Positions 12,698-24,649 of a stretch of DNA of 64,000 nucleotides are shown here, piece by piece. The translations under genes were made by a program, and so were the position numbers. The stretch spans positions 24,616,001 to 24,680,000 of the forward strand of contig CM052818.1 of assembly GCA_028534125.1 (NCBI GenBank), read 5' to 3'. The number at the start of each line of letters is the position of its first letter. Positions within the stretch are counted from its first letter, which is position 1. The notes under the pieces are model-generated. The model worked only from the letters and a program-made list of their open reading frames with translations, searched no databases and was not told where the DNA came from. The DNA comes from Lama glama (taxonomy: Eukaryota).

Positions 12698-14412
12698 GGG
12701 CCATTTAGAATCGTCTGGAGCAATTCTCTTTCTCCTGGGGCTACAGAGTGGAAATAACAAAGACTGGCATTGCCGTGGCCATGTGTTCGGGCCACATGGA
12801 GGAGGCTCATTTTCCATGGGTGGGAAGGAGGCCAGCACTCAGACAGAAACAGGGTCAAGAAACATGAAGAAGGAGAACACCTGGTTCTGGCTGTTGCTGA
12901 CACAGTGTCCCTAGACTGCCCACTCATATAAGCCACTGCTTCTCCCTTTGTACTCAAATCAACCAACAATCTTACAAGTATATTGAGGAAAATAAAGACA
13001 ATCGAAATATAGACAATTTAGAAAAGAAATCAACTGCAGTCACTACTCAGGAATGTGTGCACGCACACACACACACACGCAATCACATGTGGAGACAGAC
13101 TAATAAAAGATTTTTCTTACTAACACTATATTGTAAATATATTTTCATAGGAGACTTCCCTTCTATTGTCAACTCTAATACAAACCAGCTGTGTAAGAGC
13201 GAGCCCTCTCTTCAAATCACTGGTTCTCAGCTTTTGCATCTGTCAAGGGGAGGTTCTGGAAGTAGGCCGCTAAGACAGGTCAAGTGAGACCTTTGGATGA
13301 ACTACTGTGAAAGCCAGGTAAAGAAGCTTGGGCAGCAGTGAACTGCGGTCGGCCAAGCCACAGACCTTCCCAGATCCATTATTCTACATTCTGTGATTTC
13401 TTTCCCCTCTGACAGCACTATTTGAAATTTTTAAATCATCCCCCAAACACCATTAACTTCATTTTCTTCCTAGTTCCCTGTCATTTCCTGAAAAATACAT
13501 TCTTATTTCTCTTATTATATGAAATGAGCCTCGTTATATATAAGCCATGGTTGTGACCTTGGCTTCTGAAAAGTGGAAGTTTTGAAAAGGCACGATTCCT
13601 ACTGCTTTCACGGACATACGGCCATGCTCTTGTTTCAGATCCTCTCGTAAATCCAAGTACCACTGGTAGTCCCTCGCCAGCTGGTACCGCCTTGGCCTGT
13701 CTCTCATCTAATAATAGCCTGTGTCTGGATTTCCTTTCAGACCTTTGTAAATTTGATTCCTCTATCCTGTCAGCCACAGAGCAATCCCAGAGCAAAGGCA
13801 AAAGAAGGTTATGGCCCTTTTTCCCTCCCGGGAATCTCAGAAACCTGAGAAGGCAGTCTTGCAAGAAGGGAGTCTTCAGTATAAAAGATCTCCCTGTGGG
13901 GAGATGACTAAACCCAATTGTCTGGCAGGTGGCATTTGCTCCTTCTTACAGTAAATTCCTTTAGGGACATGATTTCTCACAGCCCTTCCTGGAACCGGTG
14001 GGTGCCGCTGTGCTCCATCTACCACGTGAGAAGAGCAGTTGTGACACAGAGCTGGAGTCTAAACAGATGAGGCCTGTGTCCCTCTGCCACTGTCTCTTGC
14101 CAGCTGCGTGGCATGGTTTTACTTTGCCATAGGCCCCATTTCCTAACACAAGTGGTTTCATTCGAGTTCACCTTAAATGTCCCACCCCCTTCAATGACAT
14201 CCAGTAGTTATCCTTAAACTAATGCCTTTTAACATTTCTTAGCACTGGAACCGTCTCTATAAGGCAAATCAGGAGTAGGGGCCTGTGAGCAGAGTAAGAA
14301 AGGTCAGACTTCCCTGTGTTTTAGGGCATCTGGTCTCCAGGGCATCACCTGGATGTCAGGTGCTCCTGAACACTCAGTGTCTCCCACTTAGGAAAGGTAG
14401 GAAGGGAACCAG

Positions 14413-14540
14413 GGCATGAGGGTATAGCTCAAGTGCTAAGAGCGCATGCCTGGCACACTCAAGGTCATGGGTTCAATCCCAGTGTCTCCTGTAAAAATAA
14501 ATAAACAAACCTAATTGCCCACTCCTAACAGAAAAAAAAA
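14413..14540 (+). mobile_element. tRNA-derived SINE (camelid Vic-1-like)
   Basis: gagggtatagctcaagtg (A box), gggttcaatccc (B box), aaataaataaacaaacctaattgccc, A tail; gaaccag is repeated on both flanks. Confidence 0.88.
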
Positions 14541-14552
14541 GAGAGAGAACCA

Positions 14553-14745
14553 GTAGTTGGAGTGCCCACTAAGGCCGCAGGCACTCTGCTTGGCACTTGT
14601 GTTCACTACCTTACTTCATGGTTATAACCACATGATCTGCAAATATTATCACCTTTTCTACAAATAGACCACGTCACAGAGAAGTTCCTTCCCTGCCGCA
14701 CGTCGCCATGTGACATGTACGCGAAAGGCCTAGAATGAAAGCCCT
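14553..14745 (-). mobile_element. MIR, diverged
   Basis: gagtgcccactaaggccgcaggcactctgcttggcact...attatcaccttttctacaaatag is reverse-strand MIR. Confidence 0.55.
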
Positions 14746-15283
14746 CAACTGTGACTCCTCCCAGGTGGGACCAGAACCTTTAATTCAGAGGAATCCCCAG
14801 AGGACACAGGAGCCCAGAGAAGAGAACTGGTTCTGGGGTTTGTTTCTCCCCCTCCGAGTGGATCTGCCACAGCTGATGGTTCAGTTTGCTCTGGAGTAAC
14901 TGTTGGCGCGCTTCTGCTCCAGGTCTGCTGTGAGGGATGTGGAAAGTTGAGGTGGAGAGGAAGAGGAACGGGGAACTGGGGAGCCGCAGGTCCATTCTTC
15001 TGACCCATCACACACCGTCCTGGGACCACTGGTGAAGTTCTCCTGGTGGAGCTGAAGATGAAACTGCCTGTCTGAGCTGAGCAGCTCTTGGCAGAGGAGG
15101 GACAGCTGTCCTTTTGTCAAAATGCCAGATGGATGACCAAGGGGGAAAAGAGGAAGACAGCAGCATGACAGCCTTTGGAGACTGCTGGTTATTCTCAGCC
15201 CAGATGTAGGCTTGTCTGCACTGGCGCTGTGACGTGGGCAGACGCACGGAGACACCAGGCAGCAGAGCGGCCTGGTGAACACC

Positions 15284-15440
15284 ATTTTTTAATTGAAGTG
15301 TAGGATTTACAATGTTCTTAGTCTCTGGTGTACAGCATGGTGACTCAGTCATACACACATATATATATTCTTTTTCATTATAGGTTACTACCATATTGAA
15401 TATAGTTCCCTGGGCTACACAGTAGGACCTTGTCATTTAT
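15284..15440 (-). mobile_element. Short L1 3' UTR end
   Basis: Poly-T, then aattgaagtgtag...tggtgtacagcatggtg...tattgaatatagttccctgggctacacagtagg, the reverse complement of the 3' UTR seen at 10960-11120. Confidence 0.88.
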
Positions 15441-15544
15441 GAAAGCCACTCTTTATGAGTGAAGTAAAGCAAAAGGTTGGTCTTCAAATTCTTGCCATCA
15501 TACCTCGACTCCCCACCCCGACCACATACACGTGTACGTGTGCG

Positions 15545-15570
15545 CACACACACACACACACACACACACA
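15545..15570. repeat. (CA)n microsatellite
   Basis: Direct inspection. Confidence 0.95.
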
Positions 15571-16829
15571 TGCACGGGCTTGATATTTTGCCTTGGGAAT
15601 TCTCAGGATGTCATATCGGCCCTGCCCTGCGTAGTAACAAATATAGCTCCATTACTGGAAAAGGGCCCTGGGTTTTAGCCTTCAAGAGGGTAACAGGGAG
15701 GTTTTCCAGCAGAAGATAATAGAGCGTGCCTGCCTGCCAAGCCCCTGGTTGGCACAGGTGATCTTAATTCCCTGCCATCTCCCCGTCCCCGCGGGGCACA
15801 CAGGAAGGCTGTGCTGGCAGCGGCTAACCCCAGACCGTCTCCGCCACCTGAAGGAAAACATACTGCTCTCCTCGCTGAAGAGTAGTGGGGACACTGGGTT
15901 CACACCAGTATCGGGGAAGGCTGACCTGAAGGTCATCCATGATACAGAGGAGGACGACATCAGATTTAGCTAGTGCGAATCGAGCTAACTAGTAGCTGCA
16001 TAGATCTTAAGGTAAAAAAAAATTAGAGAAAAAGACAGAATTATAAACTAGTTTAACCACGATAGTGAGGATAACCAAGAACGCTGAGTGAATCAATCCA
16101 CGGAGGGTAGGGCCCAGCTAAGGCTGCACTGGGCACACGCTGCCCTGGTCACCACTCAGTCACCTGTGCCTACTGGACTGAGAAGAGAAAAACTGCATGC
16201 AAGTAAGAAAAGAGTCATGAGGAGACCGAGGGGTGCACGTGTATTCCATCCTGGAGACTGTTCTGGACAAGCAGTTCCTGGAGGAATCGGCAATGAAAAC
16301 CAAGATTATATAAAGGGGTTAACTTGCCTTCCAAAAGAGGGGCAGACCCAGAGGCCTGCTGCTGCCGGGAGAAGTCCTGGGACTCAGAGGCCACGTTTCC
16401 ACAGCCCGGCTGGCTCTGTGCAGCCCATGACCACCTCGTGGCGGGAAGGCAGCCCTGGGGGAGGCAGGCGCGCCCCGAGGCGGCCGCTTGTCTTTGTTCT
16501 GGGGGTCGGGGCCCTCCTAGAGTGGCACTGGGAAGAAGACAACGACTAGAACCGGCCAGTGACCACGCGGCCCGGGGCCAGCCTCTAGGCTGTGGGTTGC
16601 CTTAAGGCTCTCACAAAGAAAGACTAGCCACGGCTGTAAAGGTGAGTGACTCCTCCCAAGTAAACAGCAGTCTGAGCCTTGCTTCGCTGGTGCAGGGCCA
16701 CAGATAAGAGCCTTTTCAGCTTCTGAGGTCTTAGCTCTGGCTAGTGACAAGTCCTGCTGTAAATAACAAGGCAAGGGCCCCACTTCAAGACTGAGATGAC
16801 TGCACCAGCCGTGGCCAGGGCTGGGCTTC

Positions 16830-17070
16830 CAATAGCTGTCACCAAATTAGTATGAAACACCACGTGAGGGACTTTACAGGTACGTTTTACCTTCACATTC
16901 TCTCTCTCAACCATCACAGTAACTCCACGAAGTAGATGCTATTAATGTTATGGATTAGGAATTGCAGATCAGAGAGGTTGAGTAACTTGCCCAAAGTCAC
17001 ACAGCTATCAAAAAGCAGAGTTAAGAATCAGACTCAGGACTCAAAGCCAATGCTATTGCCCCTGCTGTGT
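16830..17070 (-). mobile_element. MIR
   Basis: cagagaggttgagtaacttgcccaaagtcacacagcta is the reverse complement of the MIR core. Confidence 0.8.
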
Positions 17071-18242
17071 CTCCTATTAAAAACCAGCTGGGGTGGGGCA
17101 TGGTGCAGGGAGCAGCAGGAAAGAAGAAATGGGTACTGGAGGGGACAACTAGTGGCCTTGTTGAGCTCTGGGTGTGGCACTGAGAAATGACTACCTTGGT
17201 TATCTGAGCCTGGAATCTGGGGAGCAGTGCAGTACCTGAAGGCTACTAGAGTAAGAGCTAAGATCCTGGAGAAGAGAGCTAAGCCCCGCAAAAAGAAAGG
17301 CAGTGAGGAGGTCTGGCCTATAAAAGAAGAGGCAGTTCATCATGAGAGCTGATTGTCTGCCCACAAGAGACAAAGTGAAATTCAGAGAAATTCCTAGAGG
17401 ACACAGGAAGAGAGAGAATAGGACTGTTATTTTCTCAGAGTGAGTCTGCCACAGTGGATGATTCACTATTTGTTCTTGAGGAAATGTTGACACTCCAGCT
17501 CCGGTAGAAAGTCTGATCTCCATGCCAGTGACAATCAGAAATGGAGGGGCCTCCAGGGGTTAAAGAAACATCAGTGATGCAGCAAACATCATCCTTCCAG
17601 CATCCCACTCTGCAACTTGGCGCATGCTCCATGGCTTCTCAAGAATTCTAGAAGCAGTTGGAAAAATTTGCACTATTCTATAGCAGCAGCCCAGTTCCAT
17701 ACACTATGTTTTAGTATAAAACCTCAGTGTCTCTTGAAAATCCTCTGTGGAGTCTGGGAGGGAAGAGGAGGAGGAATACCGGGGAGGGCTAAGAGGTCAC
17801 TAAGCTCTTATTTATCTGACACGTTTCGGTGATCGAGCTCTTTACAGCATTTATGGAGTTCACCATGGACAACATTCACAATTCAACAGATAATCTCTAA
17901 AGTATCTCAGGAAGTAGGGTAGGAATTATTCTCTTTCTCCACAAAGCAGACTCAGAGAGAAAATTTTCCACTTCATGTCCTTTATCCCTAACGCAGTGTT
18001 CTCTCTGCCACTGCACTGCCAATTGTGAAAAGGAGGAATCTGGTGGGGCTAACATGGATTGTCTAAGTGTCTAAATTGTGGCAGGAAAAAAAACACAAAA
18101 GGAGTTGACAAAAAGTTCCAAAGGCACACTCTTTGAGGAGCTGCCTCCTCATGTTCTGTGCATTATACCCACCAAAGGACCACGCTCTCCCCTGCCCCTC
18201 ACCCTTTTCCCATCTTGACCCCGTTTTCCTCCTCTGGGCACT

Positions 18243-18680
18243 CTTATGGGTTGAATTGTGCTCCCCCCAAAATCGTATGTTGAAGTCCTAACCCCACTAC
18301 CTCCGAATGTGACCTTATGTGGAAATAGGGTCTTGACAGAGGACACTAAGCTAAAATGAGGTCATTAGAGGGGGCCCTATTCCACCATGATCAAGGTCCT
18401 TATGAAAAGGGGAAATCTGGACCCAGAGACATGCACAACGGGAAGACAAGGTGAAGACACAGCGGGGCTGGAGTGATGCATCTAGAAGCCATGGGACACC
18501 TGAAGCTACCAGAAGCTAGAAGAAAGGCGTGGAGTAGTGCATGGCCTACGGCCTTCAGAGGGAGCATGGCCCTCATGACACCCTGACTTTAGACCTCTGG
18601 CCTCCAGAACTGTGAGACAGTAAATTCTGCTGCTGAAGCCACCCAGTTTGCCACAGGTTGTTGTATCGGCCCAGGGGCCT
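18243..18680 (+). mobile_element. MaLR solo LTR (MLT1B/C-like)
   Basis: tatgggttgaattgtg..ccccccaaaatcgtatgttgaagtcctaacccc...gaatgtgaccttat...ctggcctccagaactgtgagacagtaaattctgctg..gaagccacccagtttg. Confidence 0.9.
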
Positions 18681-19014
18681 TGTCCTGCCATACTGCGCCC
18701 CATCTTGGGCACCCCTACCCCTGAACTTGGGTAACTGGAGGCAGCTGTTAGACTTGTTATGTTCTGTAAGGACTCAGCAGAGATTTCAGTCCTTTGTATT
18801 TCACTGTACTGAAGCTGTTTCTACTCTCTAGATTTCTATTATCTCCTGCTGGACTCCTGTATCTGATGTTTGGCATTTCAGAGTGTGTTTGCTGCCAACC
18901 TACTCTGAGCCAGACCTGGCCATATTCTGGCCATATTCTGCTTGAATCGCCCTTCTAAGCACAGTGTGCAGTTAATTAGAATCCATATTGCACTTTATTG
19001 ACACCTTGCACAGA

Positions 19015-19198
19015 GACAGCGGTCGCCAGACTGAGCATAGATCAGGATGACCTGGAGGCTGAGTCACTAAAGCAGAGATCATCAGACTTCAACCCCAGGG
19101 TTTCTGATTCGGTAGGACCACAGCAGGGCTCAAGAATTCATTTTTCACAAGTTCCTAGGTGCTGCTGGTCTGGAGACCACCATTTGAGAATCCTAACA
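19015..19198. mobile_element. hAT-Charlie DNA transposon fossil (MER5A-like)
   Basis: ccccagggtttctgattcggtagg...acaagttcctaggtgctgctggtctggagaccaccatttgagaa. Confidence 0.75.
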
Positions 19199-19617
19199 CT
19201 GAAGCAGTCACGCTGTTGGGGAAGGGAGGTGGAGGGGTTGGTGATGTCCTGGGGAGGCTGGAGGCAAGACAAATTCAGGCTGCAGAGCCTCAAACTGGTG
19301 GGGAAATTCAGTGCATGTTTTCAGTTAATTAATGCTTGTTCTCTACAATGAAAGGACCAGGACAGATTCTTGCAACAGTAGATTTTCACCTGGACCCCTA
19401 CAAAGGGAAATACCTTGCATCTTATGAGTTAATCTTTGATCAAAGTGGAGTCATCCTCTCACCCACTCACAACTTTTATGATTCAAGAGTCCTGAGGGAT
19501 TGTTTTGTGGCTCCCAATGCCCCTTCCTTTTCCCATTCATCAGAGTCATTAAGATTTTAGTATTCTAGAAAGTGCCACTTAAATGCAAACATGCTGAAGA
19601 GGTGGGAATCAATTCGA

Positions 19618-19860
19618 GGCAGTGAGCATGGAGGTTTAAGGGCCCAGGTCTTGGAGTCAGACATCCTGCGTTTCGGTTCCCGCTCTGCGATGTGTAAGCA
19701 CTATGACCAAGGACAAGTCACTCAAGATCTCCATCTTTCAAATGAGGATAACACTCCTGCCGGGGGGGGGGTCAGGGGGAAGGGTCATGAGAGCATAATC
19801 AACTAATCCAGTCACTGGCGTTAATAACAGACTTTCAACAAAGTTTGGCTATTGCTAGTT
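19618..19860 (+). mobile_element. MIR
   Basis: tttaagggcccaggtcttggagtcagacatcctgcgtttcggttcccgctctgc...tgaccaaggacaagtcact. Confidence 0.7.
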
Positions 19861-20139
19861 TCTTCCCAATATTTTCCATGAATTCCTTTATCAGATAAGT
19901 TGTCTGCCAATGAGCAAAGCAAGAGTTACAAAACTACAGGGATTTGTGTCAGGGGATCGTGAGGTTAGAGCACTACCCTAGGAGAGCAGGACACGCCAGG
20001 GACACACAGGAGGAGGGCACTGAAGAAGGTAAACGAGGGTGGGTGACGCAGGAATCATGCTAAAGTGTACATTCTTGTGTCCTGATGCTGCACAATGTGC
20101 CGATGGCTGGGAGAGAGGGTTCCTATTATTTATGAATTA

Positions 20140-20350
20140 GACTAAACAATCCTGGTATTTATTTGTTTATGTTTTTCCTTTCTGGGACTGAAGATTAATC
20201 TGCATTAACTGAATCCAAAAGAAAGCATTCTCAAATTTCATCCAAATAACATTTAGATGAGTTAAATGTAAATGAATATGAAGCAGATGGGTTAAATTGC
20301 CACTTAAGTACCCAGGGGGTTGAGAAGCAAATGGAAGAGGTAATTAGGAA
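20140..20350 (+). mobile_element. Possible ancient CR1/L3 ORF2 remnant
   Basis: The frame HLDELNVNEYEADGL...QGVEKQMEEVI loosely resembles the CR1 motif HL.KL...KS.GPD..HPRVLKELAE.I. Confidence 0.3.
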
Positions 20351-20826
20351 GATAAATTCTGAGTTCACTGAACCTGAAACACTTGAAAAGGTATTTGCCA
20401 GGTGGAACACCCACAAAGGCAGCTGCAGCTCTCCAGACCCTGAGTCCTCGCCTTCCATTCATGTCCCCCCACTTCCACCAAGAGCCATAGAGACAAACGG
20501 TAAAGTTTCACTTTCATCTTGAGAACATACTCCAATCATTAGTGTTCTCTTAACAATGAAACTGCTCTAAAAATTCTGTACTTTTGAAACTGGGTTTCAA
20601 GACTTACTTGTAATTTTCGCCCCTGAAAAGCACAGCGACGGGAGATCAGGGTTAATGGCTACTATTCGGGCTTAAAGTCTACCTCTGCTGCATTTATTCA
20701 GCAATGCACCAAGCAACTGCAATGTGGAATGAACGAATGAAGATGCAAGCACTGTGTCCTAACTCAGTCAAACACCAAGATGAGTGACATCCCTCAAAGA
20801 CAAGATACTTTAGAAGCGTAAACTAG

Positions 20827-20852
20827 ACACACACACACACACACACACACAC
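20827..20852. repeat. (CA)n microsatellite
   Basis: Direct inspection. Confidence 0.95.
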
Positions 20853-21424
20853 GAAAAGAATGGGATAATATCAATGTGTAGCCCCCCCCCCCAGAAAAGG
20901 GCTACAGGAGTTTAGCAAGCAGAGTCCAGCAAACTAAAGTAGAGATTATGAAAGAGGTCTGAATTCTTGTCTTGGCTTTACCGCTCACTTGCTGTTTCCT
21001 CCTGGCAAGTCACTCTGGGCCCCAGGTTCCCCACTGATGGGTGGCTGGAATAGATTAATTTCCTGGGATCAGCACTCTTTTTCTTTTTTGTAAATGAAAT
21101 CGTAACACAGAATTCCAGTACATTAAGTAGGCAGAAACAGAGCTTTTCCAGGAGACATTGGGTGGAGTCCCCACTTGCCATGTCATCCAAATCAGACAAA
21201 ACAGAGATGGAAACAATCAGACTAGATCTGTGAAAGTAATGTCAAGTCTAAAAATCCGTAAGCCTATAAAATCACTGCCAGATGAGGTGAACAAATGAGG
21301 TGTCTTCAAAGGAGAGGCAGAAAACTGAATGAAAAAGAATTCAAGGAAGGACCGCTTCCTCGTGGCGTGGGGTCCTCCAAGCAGCCCGACCCCCCAGCAG
21401 TGGTGAGCCTGTCTTTCACATGCA

Positions 21425-21780
21425 GCAAGATGATAGCAGGAGCAGCGACTCTGCAGTCAGATGGCTGAGTTTAAGTCTTCACTGTGAGGGGAGTGGGCAT
21501 AGCTCAGTGGTAGAGTGCCTGCTGAGCATGCCTGAGGTCCTGAGTTCAATCCCCAGTACCCCCATTAAAATAAATAAACCTAATTACTTCCCCTCTAAAA
21601 AAATTATATTACAAAATAATAAAAACATTTAAAATAAATAAATCTTCCCTGTGCTATGAACATAGCTGGATGACTGCAGACAAATCACTTGACTTCTCTG
21701 AACTCATTTCCACACCTTTAAAGTGGTTTAATAATGTCTGTCCTCACAGGGTTGCTGTGAGCTTTAAATGAATTTTATGC
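21425..21780 (+). mobile_element. MIR interrupted by the SINE at 21487
   Basis: gactctgcagtcagatggctgagtttaagtc lies before the SINE; acaaatcacttgacttctctgaactcatttcc...cctcacagggttgctgtgag lies after it. Confidence 0.75.
21487..21638 (+). mobile_element. tRNA-derived SINE (Vic-1-like) with TSD, nested in a MIR
   Basis: A box tagctcagtggtagag, B box gagttcaatcc, aaataaacctaattacttcccc, A-rich tail; TSD taagtcttcactgtg (21472-21486) / taaatcttccctgtg (21639-21653). Confidence 0.93.
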
Positions 21781-21792
21781 ACACGCACACAC

Positions 21793-22240
21793 TTTTTTAT
21801 TGTGATAAAATAAAATCTACCATCTTAACCATTTTAAGGGTACCGTTCAGCAGTGTTAAGTATATTCATGTTGTTGTAAACAAATCTTTAGGACATTTTA
21901 TCTTGCAAAGCTGAAACTGTATCTATTAAACAACAACTTCCTCTCCACCCAGTCCCTGGGAACCAATATCCTGCTTTCTTTCCTATGGATTTGACTAGTT
22001 ACCTCATATAGGTGGAATCATACAGTATGTAACATTTTGCGACAGACTTACTTCACTTAGCATAATGTCCTCAAGGTCATATACACTGTAGCGTGTGACA
22101 GTATTTCCCTCCTTTTAAAGGTTGAATAATATTCTGTTATAGGTGTAAAACGCACTTGGGTATCCATTCATCCACTGATGGATATTGGTTTTTTTTTTTT
22201 TTAACCTCTTGGCTATTGTGGGTCTTGCTCTAAGTGAATA
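21793..22240 (-). mobile_element. L1 3' end (L1MA/L1MB-type)
   Basis: ttttattgtgataaaa...accatcttaaccatttt...cctcatataggtggaatcatacagtat...cacttagcataatgtcctcaagg...tatccattcatccactgatgga. Confidence 0.88.
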
Positions 22241-22245
22241 GTGTA

Positions 22246-22455
22246 CATTGATCCTTGAACATCGGTTTGAACTGGGTGGATCCACTGGATCCACTTATAC
22301 ACAGATTTTTTTCCAATAATACTGCAGGATCTGTGGTTTACTGAATCTGTTTGCGGAACCACAGCTACAGAAAACTAGCTCCAAGTTATGCGCAGATTTT
22401 CAGCTGTGCAGAGGGTCACTGCCCCTTACTTCCGTATTGTTCTAAGGGTCAACCT
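22246..22455. mobile_element. Tigger2-family (Tc1/mariner) non-autonomous element
   Basis: Terminal inverted repeats (TIRs) ta|cattgatccttgaaca ... tgttctaagggtcaac; internal ggatccacttatacacagattttt. Confidence 0.8.
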
Positions 22456-22499
22456 AATTTTGACAAGCCTGATTCTGCATAAGATTATCTGCCTAGCAC

Positions 22500-23450
22500 T
22501 CCTTTGATGCTTTTTAATGCAACTGCCCTCCCTACTTCTACATAATCTGTGTTGATATTTTTCATCATATCTGGACTTGTTTTTCAGCCATAAACACTTC
22601 AAATTCTTTGCTGTCCCCCTTTCCTAAGACTCTAAGTTTATATGTGTTCGACCTCTGGGAATTATTCTGCAGGCCATCAATGCCATGTTCACATTGATAA
22701 CAGCTCTTTAAAAACCTTGTTTGCTATTCTTATCATTTCTGTCATTTCTGAGTCTGTTTGTCTTTACTGATTTCTCTTCTGGTTATGGGTCACATTTTCC
22801 TGTTTCTGCACCTAATAATTTATGACAGGATGCCGGACACGGTGTGTAACACTGTCAGTGTCTAGGTTTTGTTTCCTTTCTTTAAAAAGTGATACTGTTA
22901 ATTTACCTGTGGATCATCAAATTCTTTTCAGGCATGTTATAAAACTTCGCTAGAATGGGTTTATAGTAGGCTCTGGGAATTATTCAGCTTATAGCTCCCT
23001 GGCAATTCATTACTTTCCCAGCAGTTGTTCTTTGCCTGGTCTGGTGGAATTTCACTGAAGTATGTGCAGACTTGTGTTTCTTCAAGTAATTGAGGAAACC
23101 CCTATGCAGATTCCTGTGTTTTCTCTGGATAGCTCCCTCCTCTCTAGTATTTCATGCCACAAATTATAGCTACCTTTTCCCTCCGAACCTCTGATCTCTC
23201 AGACTACTCAGCTCAGCAAGACCACTTTTCTCTACTTGAGTTTCACCCCCCTGTACAGAGTCCAGAAATTGCCTCCAGGCAGTAAGCTGGGATGAGCATA
23301 CTGCTCCTCCTTGTTTGTTTTCCTTTTTTCTGGCTCCACAGTCCTCTGCTGCCTGCTGGTAAGTGTTTGGGGACAGGGGTTCTCACATTTGTTACAGTGA
23401 GAAGGCTGGTCAGGCACCAGTTATTCTGTCATGGCCAGAAGCTCAAAAGT
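22500..23450 (-). mobile_element. Old L1M-type 5'/ORF1 remnant
   Basis: tctcttctggttatgggtcacattttcctgttt, cccctatgcagattc and gaaattgcctccaggcagtaagctggg are typical of antisense old L1 5' regions. Confidence 0.6.
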
Positions 23451-24225
23451 TGATAAAAAGCTGCTATTTTTGAGCTGCAATTTTTTTGTATTATGGACCA
23501 TTGATTCCATATACCTTATCTCTATTCTTTACAATCATTGCTGAAAGGCTGGTCATTTATTTTCATTTTATGGACAAAAGATCAGAGGTTCTAAGAGGTA
23601 ATGTCATTTGCCCAAGACTGTGCAGTCGATAAATTAGCTCTGATTTCAAAGACAGTTTGAAGCCATCAGTAAATCCTTCCTTTTTTATTTCCATAGCTCC
23701 CCAGTTTTTATAATTCTATTTCTCCTCTTTCCAGAATCCTTATCTACTGGTATTTTAAGATGATACCTTCTTAAATGAAGAAAACCATAATCCTGCAGTT
23801 ACGATAAAGGACGAACTAGTAAAATTTCCTAGAGCTAAATGTTATTCAATAGTGTTTTAAAACATTACTTTTATTTTAAAACAAATACATGTTATATATA
23901 TTTACTTGTAACATATGTTATAAGTAGAGTAGAATTCACGGTCAACGTGAATATTTAAGTAAAGACTTTAGAGGAGGCCGCTTTGGGTTGTTCTCCCAGA
24001 ATCCCAGAAGTACAGCTCATGAACATGCTGTCATGCGCACAGGACTGAGGATACGTGCAACACAGGAGGGTCGGAGGGAGGATAAGAACGCAGGTAAGAT
24101 AGGTTCGAAACAGAAGGGCACCCCTCCTCCATCACAGGTGGATCGCCTTCTGGTCCCTACTTTCACTCACACCCTAGTGCATCCTGGCTGCATTTGTGAA
24201 GGAACACTTCCTCTCCCATCTCTAC

Positions 24226-24402
24226 TACAATGGCTCTCAAATTCATGAGTCTGTAAGACTCACTGAGAGAACATCCAGACTGCTGGTCCCCACTGCCTAC
24301 GACCTGACTCTGGGGTCTGAAGACAGGCCCAGAACTCTGCCTTCCTGTCAAGCTCCCTAGGAGATTCCGGTGGTCCCCTGACCACACAGAGAACCACCGC
24401 GC
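24226..24402. mobile_element. MER5-like hAT fossil
   Basis: caatggctctcaaa...cagactgctggtcccc...caggcccagaactctgc...aagctccctaggagattc...gaccacacagagaaccac. Confidence 0.7.
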
Positions 24403-24649
24403 TATCCTACCTCACAGGCGCTGTCCAGGACCTGCTCCAAGCCTGGGGAGGAGAGAAAACCTACCCATCCTTCTTCATCGGGGGCAATTAACCACAGGAA
24501 GATAACACCCACTGTTGACTAGAAAGCTGTTTCAGTCTTATTTTCAAACCCAATTATTTTAGTTGGCCAAGCAAAAATAAATTCATTAATGCTACAACAT
24601 TTTATCCAATGGCTCATGAGGGAGGGATCTTAGACTACAAAGTCAGAAC

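Noticed and set aside
14413..14500. tRNA-like sequences (also at 21487 and 62916)
   Set aside because: They have A/B boxes but also a SINE-specific tail and flanking duplications, so they are SINEs rather than tRNA genes.
15749..15973. Protein-looking plus-strand ORF ending KADLKVIHDTEEDDIRFS
   Set aside because: No homology I recognise, no strong acceptor and no partner exons.
17570..17620. gcaaacatcatccttccagc, superficially miR-30-like
   Set aside because: It does not match the mature sequence, and I see no complementary hairpin arm.
18917..18940. Short tandem duplications (ctggccatatt twice; similar cases at 22278, 42694 and 47400)
   Set aside because: Ordinary slippage duplications of two units, with no repeat-spacer array structure.
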